Source: a virus. Taken from it: a stretch of DNA of 64,000 nucleotides. The position numbers and the translations under genes are program-made. The DNA lies in IMG/VR virus record IMGVR_UViG_3300025941_000015, positions 41,627 through 105,626 of that record; one strand, given 5' to 3'. The notes below the pieces were generated by a model, which did no database searches, was not told the DNA's origin, and saw only the letters and a list, made by a program, of their open reading frames with translations. Shown in pieces: positions 58,598 to 64,000 of this stretch; the stretch's first letter is position 1, and each line of letters begins with the position of its first letter.

Positions 58598-60292
58598 ATG
58601 GGGTTCACCGTCCCCAACGGCCCAGACGCTGCTGCCGTCGACCAATCCGAACCCGACTCAGGGGACTACAAGGCGCTCGGTTACGGGCCCACTGGAGTCG
58701 TCTCTGGCTGCGCCGTCGCATCGCAGGGTTCGCCCAACATGTCTGTGGTCGTGGCAAGCGGCAATGCCGTTGTGGACGGTGCTCCTGTGGCGGTCGCTGG
58801 TGGGTCGGTCACCATCCAGACCAGCGACGCCAACCCTCGTTTCGACCTGATCGTCACCAACAACGCCGGGCTGCTCACCGCCGTACGAGGCGTGGCCTCG
58901 GCGACCAACCCGGTCTTCCCCAACTTCGACCCTGCTACGCAATGCCTGCTCGCCTCCGTGCTCGTGGGAGCGAGCGCCGCGTCGATCTCCACGTCGGCCA
59001 TCGTCGACAAGCGCGTCATGATGGAGCAGACACTGCGTCGGACGTTCGCCTCCAACTCGACGTCCTTCGTCGAGTCCGATGCACCAGCAGGACGCTTCAC
59101 CCTGCGAGCTGACGGCAGGTTTACCTGGGTCGAGAGCACGCTCACGCGGCTCGCTGCCTCGGCCATGGAGCTGGCGGCCGGTCTCACCATCAGGGCCACC
59201 GACAGCACCACATCGCTGCTGACGCTCAAGGCGCGCACCGCTACGCCTGCCAACCAGAAGACCCTCGACGTGCAGACGTCGGGTGGCTCGACTGTGGCGT
59301 CGGTGTCGGGCACTGGTGTGCTGCAGGCAGCCAACTTCCTGCGGGGCTCGGGCAAGCCGGAGGGCGTCGTCATCGCCGACAAGGGCTCGCTCTACGTCGA
59401 CGTCGAGGCGCCGCTCAACGCTGCACTCTGGATGAAGGCGGACTCCTCCGGTGCGGCCACGGGCTGGGTCTCGTTCCGCTCGTACGACCCGTCCGACGAC
59501 GCCATCCCGGTCGGCACCATCGCCCCGTTCATCGGCGCGGGCGCCTTCATCCCCGCAGGGTGGATCGGGCTCATCGGACAGATGATCTCGACCACCGCTG
59601 CTGCGACGGCTGAGCTGGCGGCGATCGTCGGCAGCCGCTACGGGTCCGACGTCGGCACGGTCGCACTGCCCAACTTCCAGGGACGCATCCCGATCGGCAC
59701 GGGCGGAGGGGTGGCTCTCACCCTTGGTGACGTAGCCGGGTCGGTGGAGGTCTCCCTCACTGAGGCCAATCTGCCGTCGCACGGCCACCCGCTCACCGAC
59801 CCTGGCCACCGTCACCCGAAGGCGGGGCGCGGCGTCTACTCGACGCCCAACGGCAACCTGCACCCCACTGGAGACCAGAACGGCACCTTCGCCCTCTTAC
59901 TCGACCCGGACACTCTCGACACGACGGCCAAGACCGGCGTCACGGTCGGGAACACCGGCTCGAACGAGCCGTTCGATGTGCTCCCGCCCGTCATCGCCGT
60001 CACGTGGATGGTCAAGGCGCGCTCGACGGGGACGCAGGCCAACGCTGGTGGCACGGGTGGACTCTGGAGCATCACCGAGCTGGATGCCCGCTACCGCCCC
60101 GTCGTGAGCACGCTGCCGCCCACCACCCCGTTCGTGGGTCAGATCTGGATCCTCTCGCCCGACTACCACTCGGCGATCCTGCACCCCAATGGCTGGGCAC
60201 CCATCTCACCGCAGACCGGCAACAACGCTGTGACTACCGGCAACGCCATGCTCGACCTCACTGGATTCTGGGTCGCCACGGACGGTTCCTGA
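58598..60292 (+). CDS. fibre protein with tail-collar domain
   Basis: IPVGTIAPF...IPAGW...LPNFQGRIPIG...LPSHGH. Confidence 0.8.
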   Translation: MGFTVPNGPDAAAVDQSEPDSGDYKALGYGPTGVVSGCAVASQGSPNMSVVVASGNAVVDGAPVAVAGGSVTIQTSDANPRFDLIVTNNAGLLTAVRGVASATNPVFPNFDPATQCLLASVLVGASAASISTSAIVDKRVMMEQTLRRTFASNSTSFVESDAPAGRFTLRADGRFTWVESTLTRLAASAMELAAGLTIRATDSTTSLLTLKARTATPANQKTLDVQTSGGSTVASVSGTGVLQAANFLRGSGKPEGVVIADKGSLYVDVEAPLNAALWMKADSSGAATGWVSFRSYDPSDDAIPVGTIAPFIGAGAFIPAGWIGLIGQMISTTAAATAELAAIVGSRYGSDVGTVALPNFQGRIPIGTGGGVALTLGDVAGSVEVSLTEANLPSHGHPLTDPGHRHPKAGRGVYSTPNGNLHPTGDQNGTFALLLDPDTLDTTAKTGVTVGNTGSNEPFDVLPPVIAVTWMVKARSTGTQANAGGTGGLWSITELDARYRPVVSTLPPTTPFVGQIWILSPDYHSAILHPNGWAPISPQTGNNAVTTGNAMLDLTGFWVATDGS

Positions 60293-62334
60293 TGGTGGGC
60301 ATCCCCAACCGGGGCGCTGGGTTCTACCTCTCGGCTGACATTGACGGTGTCGACGGCTCGGGCCTCTCTGTCCCGACGTCGGCAGCCCTGTCCATCACGG
60401 GGTCGATCGGTCTCGTAGCGCGCATCGCCCCCGACGCCTGGTCTTCAGGTTTGCAACAGGGAATCATCAGCAAGACCTCAACAGACGACAACCAGCGCTC
60501 GTACCGGTGGGGGCTCCTCACGGATGGCACCCCTGTGCTTCGGTGGTCTACCACCGGCTCGAACACCGGGACAGCGACCGCAACGGCGGCCTATGCGTTC
60601 ACCCCCGGTCAGGCAGCCTGGGTCGGGGTCACGGCTGACACTGTGGTCGGCGACGTCAGGTTCTGGACCGGCGGCACGGGTGCGACTCCTACGTGGGTTC
60701 AGCACGGCACCTCCATCGCCGCTGCGTTCCCAGGGAGCTTCGCTTCGACCTCATCGCTTCTCCTGGGCGCCGGGTATGTCCTGTCGGGTGTGGCGATGCG
60801 AGAGGTGCTCAACGGCATCCTGTACTCGGCAGCGGTCTACAACGGTGTGGGAGCCAATACCTCTCCCGTGCTGGGCACCAAGGTGTTCGAGGTCAACGGC
60901 GTGTTCGGCCCTGGCAACACGTTCACGTCGGCCACGGCCCATACGGTGACGAAGCTCGGCGGCACCACGTACGTCGGCCAGGACAAGACGCTCCTCGAAG
61001 CCACGAACACCGGTCTGATCCGTCTGGTCGGGCCGTGCATCTGGACGCCGATCACCTCGGCCAACACCATCACCGCACCTGTGACGATCGAGGCAGCCAG
61101 CAACCGCATGATGCGGGCTGAGGTGTGGCGCAATACCACCGACACTCAGTCGCGCATCGGTGTAGGCGGCTCGATCGCTGCCAACGTGACCAACACCGGA
61201 GCGGTGCAGGCCCTGTGCACGATGAGCGACGCCTCGGTACTGCTCACCACGGTGTCCGCTGCTGGAGCCACGACTCCCTATCAGGTGGACGGCTGGTTCC
61301 AGATCAGCGCAGAGTGGGTGCAGGCGACGAAGACGTTGGCGGTGAAGCTGCGCAAGCCCGGCACGGCACTGGATGACGACACGGGGTGGACCCAGATCGC
61401 CTCCATCACCTCGGCCCTCGACTCGGGCGCTGCGTTGACCACGTACATCTGGAACCAGAACATCAACCCACACCTTGCCCTCCGACGGCTGTACGCCTCG
61501 GGAGCTGTCCGGGCCAACGCCGTGCGTATCACCCCGCACGACATCGGACGCATCACCCCCGGCGCCACCACGTTCCCCGCCACGAGCGGACAGACCGTAA
61601 CCCTGGCGTACACGGCTGCAGCGACCCAGGCGCTGAGCATCATCCCCGACGGGGTCGTTGCCTACATCAACCCCGTCCCGGCCACAGCGACCAACCTGTT
61701 CTCAGTGGCGAACACAGGGGCCGGGGTCTTCAACCTGGCTGCCAACGAGGACGCCGTCCTCGGCTGGGTCGGCGTGCTCGGCAACATCCCCAACCCGGCT
61801 TCGCTCATCGCTGGCCTGGTCGCTGCTACCGACACCTCGCAGTTCAACCTCACCAACGGCACCACCATGCCGGTGAAGGGTCTGTTCAACGGTACGGGCG
61901 GGACGCTGAACACCGTGCTGTCAGCTCAGCCTGCCGCAGCAACGCGCTCTCCTGTGGCCCTGATCATGACCCTCGACCGCACGGCCGCCACGATCAGGGT
62001 GGGCGTGTACAGCACGATGGGAACGCAGCTCGCCTCGGTCACCGGCTCGACGACGGGTCAGGTCGGAGCGGTTAACACGACGCCGTTCCAAGTCCTCAAG
62101 AACCTTCCGGGGTGGACGTCGGGCTTCCTGTGGCGCAAGGGCGTGGGCATCGCTCCGCCCGTGGCCTCGCAGGCTGTGCTGGCGCGCCAGCTCCTCACGC
62201 TGACCTACCGGCCCGCTCGCGCTACCACGAGCCCGGCGCTCCCCATCGCCCCGTACGTGTACGGAGACAGGTGGAAGTCGAGCACCACGGGTGCGATCCA
62301 GTTCTACAACGGGACTGCATGGGTGGCGGCCTGA
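60292..62334 (+). CDS. LamG/concanavalin-like fibre or receptor-binding protein
   Basis: ALSITG...IISK...WVGVT...LLGA...GILY; coupled ATG. Confidence 0.65.
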   Translation: MVGIPNRGAGFYLSADIDGVDGSGLSVPTSAALSITGSIGLVARIAPDAWSSGLQQGIISKTSTDDNQRSYRWGLLTDGTPVLRWSTTGSNTGTATATAAYAFTPGQAAWVGVTADTVVGDVRFWTGGTGATPTWVQHGTSIAAAFPGSFASTSSLLLGAGYVLSGVAMREVLNGILYSAAVYNGVGANTSPVLGTKVFEVNGVFGPGNTFTSATAHTVTKLGGTTYVGQDKTLLEATNTGLIRLVGPCIWTPITSANTITAPVTIEAASNRMMRAEVWRNTTDTQSRIGVGGSIAANVTNTGAVQALCTMSDASVLLTTVSAAGATTPYQVDGWFQISAEWVQATKTLAVKLRKPGTALDDDTGWTQIASITSALDSGAALTTYIWNQNINPHLALRRLYASGAVRANAVRITPHDIGRITPGATTFPATSGQTVTLAYTAAATQALSIIPDGVVAYINPVPATATNLFSVANTGAGVFNLAANEDAVLGWVGVLGNIPNPASLIAGLVAATDTSQFNLTNGTTMPVKGLFNGTGGTLNTVLSAQPAAATRSPVALIMTLDRTAATIRVGVYSTMGTQLASVTGSTTGQVGAVNTTPFQVLKNLPGWTSGFLWRKGVGIAPPVASQAVLARQLLTLTYRPARATTSPALPIAPYVYGDRWKSSTTGAIQFYNGTAWVAA

Positions 62335-62436
62335 CCTCAGGGCTCACCCTCCTCCTGCTGTGGCACTACTCTGGGATTCGAGTCAGGACAAGCGACCTGC
62401 TCCCCAGAAGCTCAACCCAACGGAAGGCCCAGACGA

Positions 62437-62757
62437 ATGGCCCTGGTCTCGTTCAACGACGAGTTCATTGCCGCGATGTGCGGCGGATTGAACGACGACG
62501 ACACGCTTGACCTGTTCATGGGCGGAGTCGATGCGATGATCGACAAGGTTGCTGTAGCGCTGGAGCGCACCGTTGGTCACCCGGTGGACGTCAAGTTCGA
62601 CGGGGACACGATCTATGTCGACCTCGACGAGGAGGATGCTGCTCGCGAGTACGGCGCCCCCGGTGTTCAGATGCAGCCGGTCTTCCGGCAGGGCATCGCT
62701 CAGTCCACCACCGCTGCTCGCCTCGCGTGGGACAAAGCGGTGAACCAGCGTGGCTGA
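62437..62757 (+). CDS. neck/tail completion-like protein
   Basis: EYG.P....PVFR motif; position. Confidence 0.55.
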   Translation: MALVSFNDEFIAAMCGGLNDDDTLDLFMGGVDAMIDKVAVALERTVGHPVDVKFDGDTIYVDLDEEDAAREYGAPGVQMQPVFRQGIAQSTTAARLAWDKAVNQRG

Positions 62758-63433
62758 CGTCGGGTTCCTACTCGCCGAGGACGAGGCGCTCAAGGCCAAG
62801 CTCTCCAGCCTCACCGTGCCGGATCCCTCTGTGGAGGAGGAGCACCGACGGGTGAAGGTGTGGTTCGGGATGCCCTCCACCGAGCGCGAGGCCATCTTCC
62901 CGTTCATCACGATCGACCTCATCGACGTCGTGTTCGCTTCGGACCGCACGCACTCCCTGGAGACGGTCGACGTCGACTGGTGGCCGTCGACGGCGCCGAC
63001 CTTCGCCGAGTACGCAGAGATGCTCGGCATCGGTGGGCTCGACCCGGCAGCTCCCTATGCGAAGACGATCCTCTTCCAGCCGTACGACCTGTACTACCAA
63101 GTCGCTACGCACTGCCGGTACGCCCGCCAGGACCGCCGCCTCACGGCTCAGCTCCTCTCGTACCAGTACCTCCCGCTGAACAACCTCGGCGCGCTGCACG
63201 TGCCCGCCGACGACACCCAGCGGTGGCTCGACAACATGGGCTCGACTCGCTCCGACTACCTCGACCCCGAGGGCAAGCCGGTGTTCAGGAAGGTCTACAC
63301 ACTCAAGATCTCGGCGCACATGCCCGTCACTGATCCGGCCGAGTACATCCGTGTGCTGCAGGTCGGGTTCTCACTGAGGGGCATACATGACGGTGAAGAG
63401 TACGCATGGTGGGACACGACCGCTGATGCTTAG
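62750..63433 (+). CDS. tail terminator/completion protein
   Basis: EDEALK..L, FPFITID, YQV; immediately before sheath. Confidence 0.65.
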   Translation: MADVGFLLAEDEALKAKLSSLTVPDPSVEEEHRRVKVWFGMPSTEREAIFPFITIDLIDVVFASDRTHSLETVDVDWWPSTAPTFAEYAEMLGIGGLDPAAPYAKTILFQPYDLYYQVATHCRYARQDRRLTAQLLSYQYLPLNNLGALHVPADDTQRWLDNMGSTRSDYLDPEGKPVFRKVYTLKISAHMPVTDPAEYIRVLQVGFSLRGIHDGEEYAWWDTTADA

Positions 63434-63478
63434 GAGCACCTTCTCGGAGACTTACGTATCAGCTCGAAAGGACTCACT

Positions 63479-64000
63479 GTGAGCGACAGCTACTATCCCT
63501 CGGTCCAGGTGTCGGAGCGGCTCTTCCGCCCGGCATCGGCCACATCCCAGACCACCACCACGAGTGCCGCCTTCATCGGCCGCTCGTCCCAGGGGCCGGT
63601 CACCCCGACGTTGGTGACGTCGTGGGCCAGCTTCACGACCCTGTTCGGGACGGACTACACCGACCTGCACATGGCCGTGAACGACTTCTTCGGCAACGGG
63701 GGACGGCAGGCGTACATCACCCGCATCGCTGGTGCGAACGCTGTGCCAGCCGACATCGACGTGTTCGACGCCACGGCACCCAACACGTCGGGCACACCGC
63801 TGTTCACCGTCACGGCGACGAGCCCCGGTGTCTGGGGGAACAACCTCCGCCTGGTGACCTACCTGCGCGACCAGACCAACAAGCGCTTCGATGTCGCCCT
63901 GTTCCGAGTCCCGACCGGCACGACCTTCGACCCGGCCAAGCGCAACACCGAGTATCTCGTCGATCAATGGATCGACGTCACGCTCAACCCATCGTCGTCT
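63479..64000 (+). CDS. tail sheath protein (5' part, runs off the window)
   Basis: GTG start; YPSVQVSE...AAFIGRSSQGPVTPTLVTSW..F...FG...FFGNGG..AYITR...SPGVWGN. Confidence 0.88.
   Translation, partial: MSDSYYPSVQVSERLFRPASATSQTTTTSAAFIGRSSQGPVTPTLVTSWASFTTLFGTDYTDLHMAVNDFFGNGGRQAYITRIAGANAVPADIDVFDATAPNTSGTPLFTVTATSPGVWGNNLRLVTYLRDQTNKRFDVALFRVPTGTTFDPAKRNTEYLVDQWIDVTLNPSSS

Overview
High-GC, almost entirely plus-strand segment of a large actinobacterial myovirus (phage or prophage-like genome). The gene order resembles Bxz1-like phages, but that is recalled from family patterns, not searched. Layout: (1) 1-7.3 kb: resolvase end, ParB-like gene, SpoVS, conserved hypotheticals and a DPPY DNA methyltransferase. 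(2) 7.4-27 kb: an early/accessory region of short genes organised in cassettes. About 18 copies of a ~40-bp element precede them: a TTGSAA -35, a CAAC-N3-GTTG palindrome, a GTG-TACACT -10, then 6 nt and a leaderless ATG. This region also holds DUF6011, a DUF2786/HExxH pair, an HTH and an SNF2 helicase. (3) 27-35 kb: a structured non-coding block, a cluster of the same palindrome, an HNH endonuclease, many small genes, an HTH with a histone-like tail, KTSC and an SLT lipoprotein. (4) 35.9-64 kb: morphogenesis. It comprises large terminase, a 2H phosphoesterase, holin, a 2023-aa repeat fibre, neck proteins, portal, scaffold, major capsid, tail-collar fibres and the start of the tail sheath. It is interleaved with GNAT, ParB-like and Arr-type ADP-ribosyltransferase genes that share short N-terminal tags. 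The strongest novelty candidates are the shuffled promoter/operator cassette system, the N-terminal-tagged effector family, a ~400-nt structured RNA candidate and an 18-bp repeat embedded in three unrelated genes. All family calls come from motif recognition by eye; no database search was run.
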